Origin: Octopus vulgaris
Lineage: Eukaryota
Direction of reading: 5' to 3'
DNA: 64,000 bases
NCBI GenBank assembly: GCA_951406725.2
Contig: OX597818.1
Span: forward strand, 80,910,001 to 80,974,000
Shown in pieces: positions 26,179 through 39,568 of this stretch (positions are counted from its first letter, which is position 1; each line of letters starts with the position of its first letter). The position numbers and the translations under genes were made by a program. The notes under the pieces were generated by a model, which saw only the letters and a program-made list of their open reading frames with translations, was not told where the DNA came from and did not search any database.

Positions 26179-27171
26179 CTATCTATTTATTTGTCTGTCT
26201 GTCTGTGTATAGATAAATATTTTTTGTTTCTACGCCAAGATGTTGCACAAGTTAAAACTATTTCCACTCATTTTCGTAAACATAACAATTTGTACGCCTT
26301 GTTTCCAATCCTCACATGACTCCCACTTCCTATGAGAAATACTGGATTAAAAATATAAAAACATACCACACACAATAATACTGACATAATACCCAGTCAA
26401 CCATTTATTCTGCTTTACTTGTTCCTAAAGAAGACTTGCTGAGAAAATAACCCTTCTTCTTCTTCTTCTTTGTCAACCTTTTTGACTGTTTATCTGTCTT
26501 TGCTTTGTTTACACCTCCCCCTCCTCCTCCTCCGCCACCTCTTCTTCCTCCTTTCTCTGCTAATGTTTGGCATACACCTGTATGACGGGGTGCCGTAAAG
26601 TCCCTGGCTCTGGGTAAAAGAAAATACAGTAGGTTGAGTTAATTACGATTTTATTCAACATTCACACACTTATTGCTGCGGTCTTCCAGTTTTTCTAAGC
26701 CCTGTAAAAAAAAAAAAGAAAAAAAAAATTGGCCCTCTAATCAGGCCTTAATTGCGCGACATCCTTAAAGCCAGGAAATTTTCAGCACTCACCTCGTACA
26801 CCTGATCAAAATCAAACCAACCGTGGCCATTCAGCCTTTTTATTTTTCGACACAGTATTTCCCCGACTATACTCCACCCATCTACCTCCAACTCCATTTC
26901 TATTGTCACCAAGCCAACCTATTGATATCATTGCATGTTTGTCACACTCATTAAAATCCGGATATATATTATTCATGTCCTTCACTTCAAGAGGATAAGC
27001 CGTATGATTTCAATAAAATTTAGCAACTATTTTTAGACGGACAAAATGCACAGGTGATCCCCCGGTTCAATGTGGATAAAAGGTGTGTACACGACGCGTC
27101 ATCTTACACACAGATGTCTCTCTGGTGCAGTCACCCAATCTTTCTTTCCGTGTCACTGGAATCCTGTCTTC

Positions 27172-27253
<82 letters not shown>

Positions 27254-28234
27254 GGCTGTCTGTCTGACTGTCTGTGTATAGATAAATATTTCTTGTTTCT
27301 ACGCCAAGATGTTGCACAAGTTTAAACAATTTCCATTCATTTTCGTAAACATAACAATTTATAAGCCTTCTTTCCAATCCTCACATGACTCCCACTATCT
27401 CTGAGAAATACTGGATTAAAAATATAAAAACATACCACACACAATAATGCTGACATAATACCCAGTCAACCATTTATTCTGCTTTACTTGTTCCTAAAGA
27501 AGACTTGCTGAGAAAATAACCCTTCTTCTTCTTTGTCAACCTTTTTGTCTGTTTATCTGTCTTTGCTTTGTTTCCTCCTCCCCCTCCTCCTCCGCCTCCT
27601 CCTCTTCCTCCTTTCTTTGCTGATGTTTGGCATACACCTGTATGACGGGGTGCCGTAAAGTCCCTGGCTCTGGATAAAAGAAAATACAGTAGGTTGAGTT
27701 AATTACGATTTTATTCAACATTCACACACTTATTGCAGCGGTCTTCCAGTTTTTCTAAGCCCTGTAAAAAAAAAAAAAAAAAATTGGCCCTCTAATCAGG
27801 CATTAATTGCGCAACATCCTTAAAGCCAGGAAATTTTCAGCAATCAACTCATACACCTGATCAAAATCATACCAACCGTGGCCATTCAGCCTTTTTATTT
27901 TTCGACACAGTATTTCCCCGACTATACTCCACCCATCTACCTCCAACTCCATTTCTATTGTCACCAAGCCAACCTATTGATATCATTGCATGTTTGTCAC
28001 ACTCATTAAAATCCGGATATATATTATTCATGTCCTTCACTTCAAGAGGATAAGCCGTATGATTTCAATACAATTTAGCAACTATTTTTAGACGGACAAA
28101 ATGCATAGGTGATCCCCCGGTTCAATGTGGATAAAAGGTGTGTACACGACGCGTCATCTTACACACGGTTGTCTCTCTGGTGCAGTCACCCAATCTTTCT
28201 TTCCGTGTCACTGGAATCCTGTCTTATCTATCTT

Positions 28235-28387
<153 letters not shown>

Positions 28388-28685
28388 GCGTTTGTGTGTG
28401 TATATCTTTTATCTTTTACTTGTACCGCTGGGGTACCGCCTTCAGAAACTGTTAGTCGAATGAATCGACTCCAGTACTTATTTATGCCGAAGCGCAAACT
28501 TACGGGGACGTAAATACACCAACACACACTATACACATAAATATATACATGACGGGCTTTCAGTTCACGTGTACCAAATCCACTCACAAGGCTTTGGTCG
28601 GCCCGAAGCTATGGGAGAAGACTCTTGCCCAAGGTGCCACGCAGTGGGACTGAACACGGAACCTTGTGGTTCGGAAGCAAACTTC

Positions 28686-29521
28686 GGATCTTTTCGGTTT
28701 GAACGGCAGTTTGTAACATAATTTCTAGGTAACTAAAAAATTTTAAACTTCGTATACTGGTAGAATGTGTTTATAAAACATCATTTTCTCTTGGCTTTAT
28801 TGAGAAAATTCTATAGTTTGTAACATATTTCGTCTTTAATTTCTTGCAATTCGGAAATTTTAACCAATCGCTGACCGTCCATTGAGGTGAAAGCATTCTG
28901 TGTGTCATCAATATGTCCCTCGTTTAAGAAACAGATTGGGTTTATTTACATTTGTGATGAAAAAAAAAATACCTTTCCCCCACCCCTAACCCTAACTAAC
29001 CCTAACTCTAACCCTAAATCTAAAATAGATTGAAATGCAATAGATCGATACTAGGGCTATAATTATGGGTGACAATTTCATACGACACCGCTAGGGAAAA
29101 TGGGAGTTTTTGTAGCGGTGTCGTATGAAAATGTCACCCATAATTATGATCCATAATTATCGATCTATTGCATTTCAATCTATTTTAGATTTAGGGTTAG
29201 AGTTAGGGTTAGTTAGGGTTAGGGGTGGGGGAAGGGTATCTTTATTTCATCACAAATGTAAATAAACCCAATCTGTTTCTTAAACGAGGGACATATTGAT
29301 GACGCACAGAATGCTTTCAACTCAATGGACGGTCAGCGATTGGTTAAAATTGCCGAAATGCAAGAAATTAAAGACGAATTATGTTACAAACTATAGAATT
29401 TTCTCAATAAAGCCAAGAGAAAATGATGTTTTATAAACACATTCTACCAGTACACGAAGTTTAAATTTTTTTAGTTACCTAGAAATTATGTTACAAAGTG
29501 CCCTTCAAACCGAAAAGATCC
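28686..29521. mobile_element. 836-bp palindromic MITE (GG..CC ends, 8-bp TSD) with telomere-like repeats, inserted in a family B SINE
   Basis: ggatcttttcggtttgaa / ttcaaaccgaaaagatcc; TSD caaacttc; ~405-bp arms; ccctaa/ttaggg units at ~28984-29017 and ~29190-29224. Confidence 0.9.
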
Positions 29522-29553
29522 CAAACTTCTTACTACACAGCCACACTTGCACC

Positions 29554-29585
<32 letters not shown>

Positions 29586-29636
29586 TGTATGTACAAAGAT
29601 AAACTTACTTGGGAATGGATGTGTGGCGTTCAATCA

Positions 29637-29697
<61 letters not shown>

Positions 29698-29739
29698 TAC
29701 ATATATTTACATACATACATACATATATATATATATGTA

Positions 29740-30046
29740 TATAGGTACGCATATATGGGTAGGTACGCATATATGGGTACAGGACCTCATAAAAGTAAAC
29801 AATATGGAATGCGTAAATAAAGCTGGGTACGTAAAAGTTTTATATTGCCGTTGTTTGCTCGAAATAAGGAGTAGTAGAAGGACAGCCGACAACTGATGAA
29901 GGGTTGTTTTTTATGTCACTTGTCTTGTTTTCCATTTGTTTCTCTCGTTCTTTGCGTACCCAACTTAATTTTCGCATTTCATTGTTTACGTTTTCGTATG
30001 GTTTACGTTTTATGACGTCCTGTACCCATATATGCGTACCTATATA
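29740..30046. mobile_element. Fold-back element in (TA)n, probable Penelope-derived
   Basis: Arms taggtacgcatatatgggtacaggac / gtcctgtacccatatatgcgtaccta; central gacaa-CTGATGA...ttgtc. Confidence 0.6.
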
Positions 30047-30067
30047 TATATGTATGTATGTATGACT

Positions 30068-30139
<72 letters not shown>

Positions 30140-30491
30140 ATAATATTAGGGAATAAATCCAAACTTACAGGGAAAAATGAGATTTAGGATTAAATCCAAT
30201 TTTATAGTATAAATATATTATATTATATTATATTAAATTAGAGATAAAACCACTATTAGGCAAATCAAACAGTGAAAAACATAAGCCAATACATAAAATT
30301 AATTTAAAATATAAAAGTTAAAAATAAAAAATTATTTAAATAATTTAAACTTATAAATTTTATATATATATACAAATATATATATGTATATATGTATATT
30401 TTTTATATTTATATATTATTTTATTAATTAATTATTTAATTAATTTTTTTATTTTTATTTTTATTTTATTTATTTTTAATTTTTTAAATTT

Positions 30492-30534
<43 letters not shown>

Positions 30535-30639
30535 TGTTTACGAGTGAATGGACAAACGAAAGAATGAACAATACACCAGTATTAGTGACCTTGACAGCAG
30601 AGTTATCACGAATGGCAGGGGCTAGGGGCTTCCTGTCGC

Positions 30640-31223
30640 TAATTAAGAAAAAACTTCCACAGAGGCGATAAGTATTGCGAACTCTTCAACCCCCATAATG
30701 TCAAGGTGAGTTGCTCCTGCTTAGACAATATCACATCTAACATCGCATGCATCAGCAGACGTAAAAATGCACCCGCACCATTCCTAACACCGACCTGCAA
30801 CCGTCGGAACCCCACCATATGCCCTCTAGAAGGATCCTGCTTCTTAGAGGCCGTAGTATACAGATCTACCCTTACACCATCCGATAACATTACTAGGCAC
30901 TCTACGAGTATGACAGCTAATGACTTCCAGGGAAGATACTCCTAGTATATGGCCTCGTTCAGATCGAGGAACAGAAAAAAACTCTTCTTCCCTGTCTCGT
31001 TTTCTCTGGAGACTCCGTGATCTCCGGGATGATAGACCCAGCATCAAGTGGACTCCTGTCGACTAAACACCACCATATTCCCGCGGCGCCCCCAAATGCC
31101 AGCTCTGTCTCCGTGAAAAACTGCATATCCTCCAAAAACCCGCAGTATCCATCAACAAGAAATACAATTTATCTTATTGCTGTCATCAGATGTATGCCTT
31201 TCTTGCAAATTTCAGGCCGCTAA
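30640..31223 (+). pseudogene. Penelope-like element GIY-YIG endonuclease remnant
   Basis: CNRRNPTICPLEGSCFLEAVVYRS..TSMTANDFQGRY..SLSRFLWRLR..IKW..KCQLCLREKLHIL matches the PLE endonuclease pattern; internal stops. Confidence 0.85.
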
Positions 31224-31669
31224 CTGTCGACAACCCGGATATGCCACCTTAGTATTAGCTGCTGCTCTGCACCGCCTGCACCAACATCACCACTACCAAC
31301 TAACCCCATGAGCAGGATCGTCAATTACCAATCTCCAACGCATACCAGTCCCCAACGTTTATTATGCGCGTGTATACTCACTCATGCGCATGCTCACGCG
31401 TGTGTCCGCACATACTGGTATGCATGAATACATGCATGCGAATATACATATGTACATATAAATGAATGCATATATGTGCGTGTGCATGCATGCATGTGCA
31501 TGTGTGCGTGTGCGTGCGCTCGCGCTCGTTTATATATGTGTGTGTGTGTGTGTGTGGACGTGCGCGCTAGCGCCCATTTACAGATACGCACGCTCGCATC
31601 AATACACACATACACGCAAATCAAATGAGCGCGTCTACACATCCACATATACAACTAAATACTTACACA

Positions 31670-31932
31670 TACCATCCCTTCCAACATCAAAAATCATTCG
31701 GATGGAAAAAATATGAATTCTGTAGATGAAGTCAGAATAGTAATGGAGGAGTATTTTTCGTCACGGACAAGTGAATTTTGGAAGAGGATCCTTGCAAGTC
31801 TGCCTGATAGATGGAAGAACATTGTAGAAAGTGAAGTAGAGTATATTTTAGATTAAAAAAGAAATTTGTTTATCATAATTTTGAAAAATAAAAGACGTAT
31901 AAAAACTCCGCATTATTTATGGGATGATCCAA
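31670..31932 (+). pseudogene. 3' end of a mariner (transposase C-terminus plus TIR)
   Basis: ..EEYFSSRTSEFWKRILASLPDRWKNIVESEVEYILD*; TIR-like ttatttatgggatgatccaa-TA. Confidence 0.8.
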
Positions 31933-32093
31933 TATATATATATATATATACATGGACCAAAAAATTCTTTCTAAAGAAAATACGTATTTAAATAATTAAA
32001 TCTTAATGTCATGAATAGCGAAAGCGAAACCAGTCGATATATTAAAAATCATATTAAAACAATGTCAAGTATGTGCATTTTCCTTCTTTAATT

Positions 32094-32137
<44 letters not shown>

Positions 32138-32145
32138 CTATAGTC

Positions 32146-32637
32146 TGGTGAGTGGATTTGGTAAATGGAAGCTAAACGAAGCCCGTTGTGTGTGTACGTG
32201 TGTGTGTGTGTTTGTCCCCTCATTAGCGCTTGACAACCGGTGTTTGTGTGTTTACGTTCCTGTAACTTCGCGTTTCAGCATAAAAGTCCAATAAAATAAA
32301 TACCGGGCTTAAAAAAGAACAAGTACTTAAAAAAAAAACAAGTCGATTTGTTCGACGAATATGTGGAACTCCAGCATGGCCACAGTTACATGACTGAAAC
32401 AAGTTAAAGAATAAATAAAAGTATATGCTGGAGTTCCACCTATTCGTCGAACAAATCGACTTGTTTCTTTTTTAAGCCCAGTATTTATTCTATTGGACTT
32501 TTATGCTGAAACGCTAAGTTACAGGAACGTAAACACACAAACACCGGTTGTCAAACGCTGACGAGGGGACAAACACACACACACGTACACACACAACGGG
32601 CTTCTTTTAGCTTCCATCTACCAAATCCACTCACCAG
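32146..32637. repeat. Inverted duplication of a family B SINE (arms ~230 bp)
   Basis: Arms ~32146-32376 and ~32424-32637 share variants not seen in other copies (ctggtgagtgg, tgtacgtgtg, ttcgacgaata). Confidence 0.88.
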
Positions 32638-32752
32638 GCTTTGGTCGGCCCGAGGTTATAGCAGAAGACACTTGCCCTCTACAAGGTGTCATGCAGTGGA
32701 ACCGAACCCAGAACCGTGTGATTGGGAAACAAGCTTCTTACCACACCTGCGC

Positions 32753-32808
<56 letters not shown>

Positions 32809-33723
32809 ACACACACGCACACACAAACATACGTACTTATGCATACGTACACACACGCACATATATATTTACATATATATAAATATATGTAAATATATGT
32901 ACTACAGGACCAAACCAAACCGTCAGCAAATCGCTAAATGCTCTCATCGATACTGACTGCTACCCCACCTCCATCAGGCTTACTACAGGACCAAACCAAT
33001 CACAACTAGCGTCACCCAATCGTTATATTTATATATATGTATATTCTTTGTTTCAGTCATGTGACTGCGGTGATGCTGGATCACACACATCCACCCCCAC
33101 CATATATATATATATATATATATATGTTTGTATAATTACTGACATGCAGGTATGCATACATGCATACATACATGAACACACATACATAACCTGCAGTCTT
33201 TACGTGTTTTATCTGTCAACGGATGTATTATCCCAATATCTTCTTTCTCTATGTAACCATACACACACACACACACTAACACACACACACTCATATATGT
33301 GTGTGTGTGTGTATAAACTCATATTCATCTAAAAGTACTGGTATATATATATGTAGACACACACACACTGGCGTCTGTATGTATACATACCTTTATTTTC
33401 CTTTTACCTGGCTTGTCACATCACAGTGCTTGACCATTGACCTGTCACAAAATGAGATTTCTTCTCACACTCACTTTCTCGTATACCATATTACTTTTCC
33501 TCCCTACTCTCTCTTTCTTTCTTTCTCTCCTCCCCTTCTCTTTTTTTCTGTCTCTCACTGTTTTTCTTGTCTTTCATCCTCTCCCCCCTCTCTCTCTCTC
33601 TATATATATATAACTCTTGTTTCTTCCCTGCTCCTATCCCTTCACTCACCGGACCTACATACAGACCTGTCTCTATTCTGCACCACACCTGTTCTTTGTC
33701 CACCACCACCGCCGCCGCCACCT

Positions 33724-33759
<36 letters not shown>

Positions 33760-34057
33760 CACCGCCGCCGCCGCTGCTGCTGTTGCCCCATTCTCCAAAT
33801 TCTCGTTCGCTACTGCTACCTCAAGAACTACAACAACCAACACTACCACTAACACAAACAACCACCGCTACATTTTCGACGTCCTCTACAATTATCTTGG
33901 CTATCAGGAGACACTGGCCTAATCGTTCGACTTGCTAAAAGTGACAGCCAAATCTTCCTCAAATCACACTCCATATCAAAGGATACGTATTAAAATATGT
34001 AGTCCAAGAACCCATCTCTTCCCCTCGAAGGTGGGATAGTCGTCGTTGGAATTCACA

Positions 34058-34533
34058 GATCTATTTTGTTTGGCTGTACCTGTGGAAATTTTAGTTTAGT
34101 GAAAATTTTAAAATTTGATGTATTGATGTAATTTTCTAAGCTGAATCTCAGGAGATATTTCATTTTTCCAGACCCCCCCCCAAAAAAAGAGCAAAAAAAA
34201 ACAGAGGTTTAACATTTGATAATTTTTACTCAGTCGGAAAACAGGACCGTTATTTAAAAAGCGAAAATGACTGCGTGTGTAAGCAGTTTGGTAACAGCTT
34301 GACTGATTACTAAGGACGTGGCTTTCGATTGATTAAATTTAAATTTCGATTGATTAAATTTACTAAAAATTTGCAAACTTTAAAAGCTATTAACTTTTTA
34401 CTTATTGATTTACGGTGAAAATGAATTTCCTGTCAATGATTGCTTTACAAAACTACACCAATACGCCAAATATAAAATCGATTTGAACAAAAATTGTATA
34501 AATTGAAAAGTGGCAGTCAAACAGAAGAGACCT
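34058..34533. mobile_element. Old MITE-like DNA element
   Basis: Degenerate TIRs agatctattttgtttggctg / cagtcaaacagaagagacct; right half similar to ~17490-17697. Confidence 0.55.
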
Positions 34534-35349
34534 CCTTTCATTCTGGATTTGCTCGATCACATTATCCTGAAGCAGAAAAGAAAACAAAAATAAACGTACT
34601 CCATCTATATAACCACCACGTTCAATATACCACCAACTTCGTCGCCATGATCATCAGTACTATTACAACTACCACCACCAACACTGCTACCACTGCTGCC
34701 GCCTCCACGAACGTCATTATAACCAATTTCACTGTTACACTCTCCGTACATACACCCCTCCACCGTCAGCAAATCGCTAAATGCTCTCATCGATACTGAC
34801 TGCTACCCCACCTCCATCAGGCTTACTACAGGACCAAACCAATCACAACTAGCGTCACCCAATCGTTTTCACCATCACCACTAATAACAACATCACCATT
34901 GTCATCACCATCCACAATCACCAAGACAACACCCTCCATAACCTACAACAGCCTGTCATGAATGAATCTCAGAGTAAAAGTTTTGGTCACCCAAGGATTC
35001 CATATTATTTTAGTTAAGTATCAAGTTGTCTCCTCATCGGATTGTCAGCCATGATAAAACAAAAATACAGATAATTTGACTGGTGACGTAGCTAAAAGGG
35101 GGAACGACTGATCACAGTTTTCAAAATTGGCGCCTTTGCAACAGTTTGTTTTAAATCTCATGTAACCTTGCAGTGTACAGCATAAATGTTATGTATCTCT
35201 GTTTTATAGTTGTACACTTAGACTGCTTGTACATCGTTTTTTAAAATTACGCTGACTTTCAGACTCATGTAGGATGAAGAAACAATTGCATTTTTATAGA
35301 AGTTAGCTGCCGTTGTGGGGGATGTCAGTCGTATGTGTGGTTGAAAGTA

Positions 35350-35880
35350 GCTGCATTTGTGATATAATCCAAATTGCATTTGTGGCAGAAGCTAGTTGTA
35401 TTTGTGGTAGAAGGTAGTTACATTTGTGGTAGAAATCAGTTACATTTACGGTAGAAACCAATTGCATTTGCATCAGAAACCAGCTGCATTTATGGTAGAA
35501 GCCAACTACATTTGTGGTCGAAGGCAGCTACATTTGTGGTAGAAGCTAGAAAATTTGCAGTAGAAGCCAGTTGCATTTGCCGTAGTAAGTGGCTGCACTT
35601 GTGATAGAAACCAGTTGCATTTGTGGTAGAAGCCAGCTGCATTTATGGTAGAAGCCAACTACATTTGTGGTAGAATCCAGCTGCATTTGTGGTAGAACCA
35701 AGTTGCATAGGCAGTAAAAAACTAACCGCACTAGTCGTAGAAGCCAACTGCATTTGTAGTAGAACCTAGCTACACATGTAAAAGTCAATTGCACTTGTGG
35801 TAGAAACCAAATGCTTTAGTGGTGGAGGCCAGCAGCATTTGTGGTAAAAGCCAGTTGCACTTGCGACAAAAAACTGCACT
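35350..35880. repeat. Diverged 22-bp minisatellite (~23 units)
   Basis: Consensus ~ (c/t)tgcatttgtggtagaagccag. Confidence 0.9.
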
Positions 35881-37420
35881 TGTTGATCTCATCTTCATCG
35901 GTCGCCATTTTAATAATTCTGGTTAGAGCTGTGGATTGGCAGAACCATTTGAGCATTTATGCCAGCTCTTCACGATCTGGGTTCAAATTCCGCCAAACTT
36001 TCTATTTTACCCACCAAGGAAACCGGCCACTGATTCAAAGATTTTAGCCTTGTGCTTATGTTAGAACAAATTTTTAGAAATTATGGAAAATATTTATTCA
36101 AGCATGGCTGCATATTTAAGACGCTCGCTTTGCAGCCACGCAGTTTTGGGTTCAGTTCCACGGCACAGCATCTTGGGTAAGTATCTTCTACTATAGCTTC
36201 GGACCAACCAATGCTCTGTAAGAAAATTTGGTATATGGAAACTGGGTGGAAGCCTGTCAAATATAAACGTGATTTGAAGGCGATTGGCTTAGCGGTTAAG
36301 ATATTCGGCTCAAGATCGTAAGGTCGTGAGTTCGATACTTGGCAGCGTGTTGTGTTCTTGAGCAAGATACTTTATTGCACGTTGCTCTAGTCCACTCAAC
36401 TGGCAAAAATGAGTCGTACCTGTAATTCAAAGGGCCAGCCTCGTGACATTCTGTGTCATACCGAATCTCCCTGGGATCTACGTTAAGGGTGCGCGTGTCT
36501 GTGGAGTGCTGTTCCGTTGATCGGCTCAACTTGAACATTCGTCGTCGTACCCGACGGAGTGCCGTATCTGTCCCCACCACCCACCGCTGGACAACCGCTG
36601 TTGATTTACGTTCTTGTAACTTAGTTCGGCGAAACAGACCGATAGAATAAATAAAAGACAAATATTAAGCAATGAAGTCGATTTGTTCGACGAAAAAAAA
36701 CATACAAGGAAGTGTCCCAGCGTTGTCGCAGCCCAATAATTGAAACAAATGAATGAAAGGTGACTTCCCAATGAAGTCGATTGGGAAAATATTTATCCGA
36801 GCGATGCCGGAATTGTCCGAAGTTATTCAGGTGAACTTTTATTCACCTGAATAATTATTGTTCAATACATCGAACTACAAGTCAGGTCAAAAAAAAAAAA
36901 AAAATTGATCACGTGATCCATGACAGTAAGTATGTAAAACATGCATACGACAACATGAATGTCGTACTGTCGCTACGTGGTTGTTCGACTAACCGACAGA
37001 AATAGCAGTCAAATTTCCCTTTAATCACTAAAAAAGAAGGAAGACACGGGAAGTGTGGTCTTAGTATCTAAAAGAAAAAATATGAAAATACAGGGTGATG
37101 TCGGAATGTCTTGTTTATAGGTCTCCTTGATCAAAGTTAACCTGATTGCTGGTGGTAGCCGTGGTAGTAATAGCTGTAGTAGTGGTGGTGGTGGTATTTG
37201 TAGTAGTAGTGGTGGTGGTAGTAGTAGTAACATAACAACCGCAGTAGTCTCAGCGACGACAGTAAGAGCCACTACAAGGTACAACCGACACCACCACTAC
37301 CACTACTATTACTATTACCACCGTCGTCACCATCAGCATTATTATCACCGTCGCAATTGCAAGTCAATACCACCACCACCACCACCACCACCATTCTTAC
37401 TTCCTCTACTTGTCACTCTC

Positions 37421-37461
<41 letters not shown>

Positions 37462-37903
37462 ACCACAACCACCATCATCTCGATGACAGTCACACAAACC
37501 ACCTCTCCTTACACCCCCACTATCACACTCATGTCACCATCCGCACCACGTTTCCCTACCACCATCATACGCAAAACATCCTTTAACGCCGCAATCTCAG
37601 CTCCACCACCCTTATAAACCGTTCCCCCCACCACCACCAACAAATTCCTCCACCACCTCCACCAAGTCCACTACGTCCTCCACCACCACCGCCTCACAAC
37701 AGCGTTCCCTCCACTCATAGCCCTAACCCTCCCACTCTGTCAACCACGCTATCACCACCGTCGCCTTCATAATACCAAATCCGTCACTATCACCACCACT
37801 GCTACTACCGTCATCACCGCCACTCTGAACATATGACAACGTCTAAGAATAAATAAAAAAAATCAATAACATACAACTGGACGATTTCGCTACAACAACA
37901 ACA

Positions 37904-37939
<36 letters not shown>

Positions 37940-38422
37940 GCTCCTGCTGCTGCTACTACTACTACTACTACTGCTACTACTGCTACTACTACTACTACTA
38001 CTGCTACTACTACTACAACAACTACAACAACTACTACTACTACTACTGCTGCTGCTGCTACTACTACTACTACTATTACTACTACTGCTACTGCTGCTGC
38101 TGTTCTTGTTGTTGCCGCTACTGTAGTTTAGTTTAAAGTTTTTACAAAAGGTGAGTTGCAAGGGCTACTTTGTTTTCTAAACACATACACAAACTCTATA
38201 CATACCCCCACCAATACGCAAACATGCACACACGCAAACACACACACAAGCATCTATAACAGACTCGCAAACATACAGATGCACTAACACAAACACGCAC
38301 ACGCATGCATACACAACCCTTTTGTTTTTGCTCAACGAACCCTAACCACGTAAACTTTGAGCTGTTACCTTAAGTTGTTGTTTTCCCTACAGTTGAATCC
38401 TGCTCCCGGATTTAGGGTTACA

Positions 38423-38601
38423 GAGTACTACTTAAGAAGAGTGGTCCCGGTGCGCGCACTCGTGCATCCGCGGTAACTAGTCGATCCTTACTTTGTATTT
38501 TATTTACTTAGCTAGGTAGTCGTTGTAGGATCGACGAGTCTCGACTAGCTAGCGCAGATGCGCGATTGCGCGCACCGGGACCACTCTTCTTAAGTAGTAC
38601 C
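38423..38601. mobile_element. MITE with long TIRs and 8-bp TSD (Merlin-like)
   Basis: gtactacttaagaagagtggtcccggtgcgcgca and its inverse; TSD gggttaca; sister copy at 51206. Confidence 0.85.
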
Positions 38602-39424
38602 GGGTTACATTATGTGATAGATGCTCACCTACCACTTATTTAAGATGTTATGGTGTGATTTGAGGGAAATTAGGTCGATATTTCTAGCAAGTTAATTAAA
38701 CACGTAACTGCTCCAGCATTAGGGATTTCTGCGTGGTCGCTCGAACTGCTAAAAATAACAGCCAAATCTCCCGCAATTTGATCACTATTGTCTCAAAGTG
38801 AGCCCACGAATGCATAAGATAATAATTCTAGATGCACTGTCTGTAAAAAAAAATACTGTCTGAAACCTTTTAGTGATAGAAAAGCATTGAACATTTAAAT
38901 AAATCACATAAGTATAATACAAATTATAATATAATCCTAGATGCTATGTCTGAAAAAAAACACAAAACGCTCTGAAACCTTTTAGCAACAGAAAAGCAGA
39001 CAAATTATAATACAAATTTACATTATATTACTAAAATAAAGTGATTGTAATTATGATTTTTTTTATTCACAGAAAAGTATTTAAAATGCTTCGTCCCCAA
39101 AAGTTTTGTTCTCCCAGGAATAGGAACAATTGTTGGTGCTTTTTGACACGTTTCTTTAAACAACGACCAAGATGATTTAATTGCAAACACTATATTTTGA
39201 TAATGTAATTAAATTTGTATTTTAAATTAATATATGTATTTTTACTTTCATAATAACCCCCAAAATGTTATGGCTATTGATGAAAACATCTTTTATTTTA
39301 TATCCACTCATTAGAGCAACTTCCATTGTCATGTATATCATGCATACACGCACTCACATATATACACACATACACACATAATATAGGCACCTCCACCTGC
39401 ATTATGTACATGTATATTTGTGTG

Positions 39425-39474
<50 letters not shown>

Positions 39475-39522
39475 CATACGTACATACACTATACTATATA
39501 TATATATATATATATATTTACG

Positions 39523-39568
<46 letters not shown>

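Larger units (their letters stand above)
23065..28225. repeat. Three copies of a ~960-bp segment (23065-24017, 26204-27170, 27273-28225)
   Basis: Each runs tgtgtatagataaatatt...cactggaatc(a/c)tgtctt, is bounded by tetranucleotide microsatellites and contains a mariner MITE. Confidence 0.95.

Noticed and set aside
28984-29224. Interstitial telomere or chromosome-fusion site
   Set aside because: Only a few degenerate units, symmetrically placed inside a TSD-flanked MITE.
33301-38161. Poly-Ser/Thr/Pro/His ORFs
   Set aside because: Derived from (CTA)n, (CAC)n and (CTG)n trinucleotide tracts, with no domain or convincing splice support.
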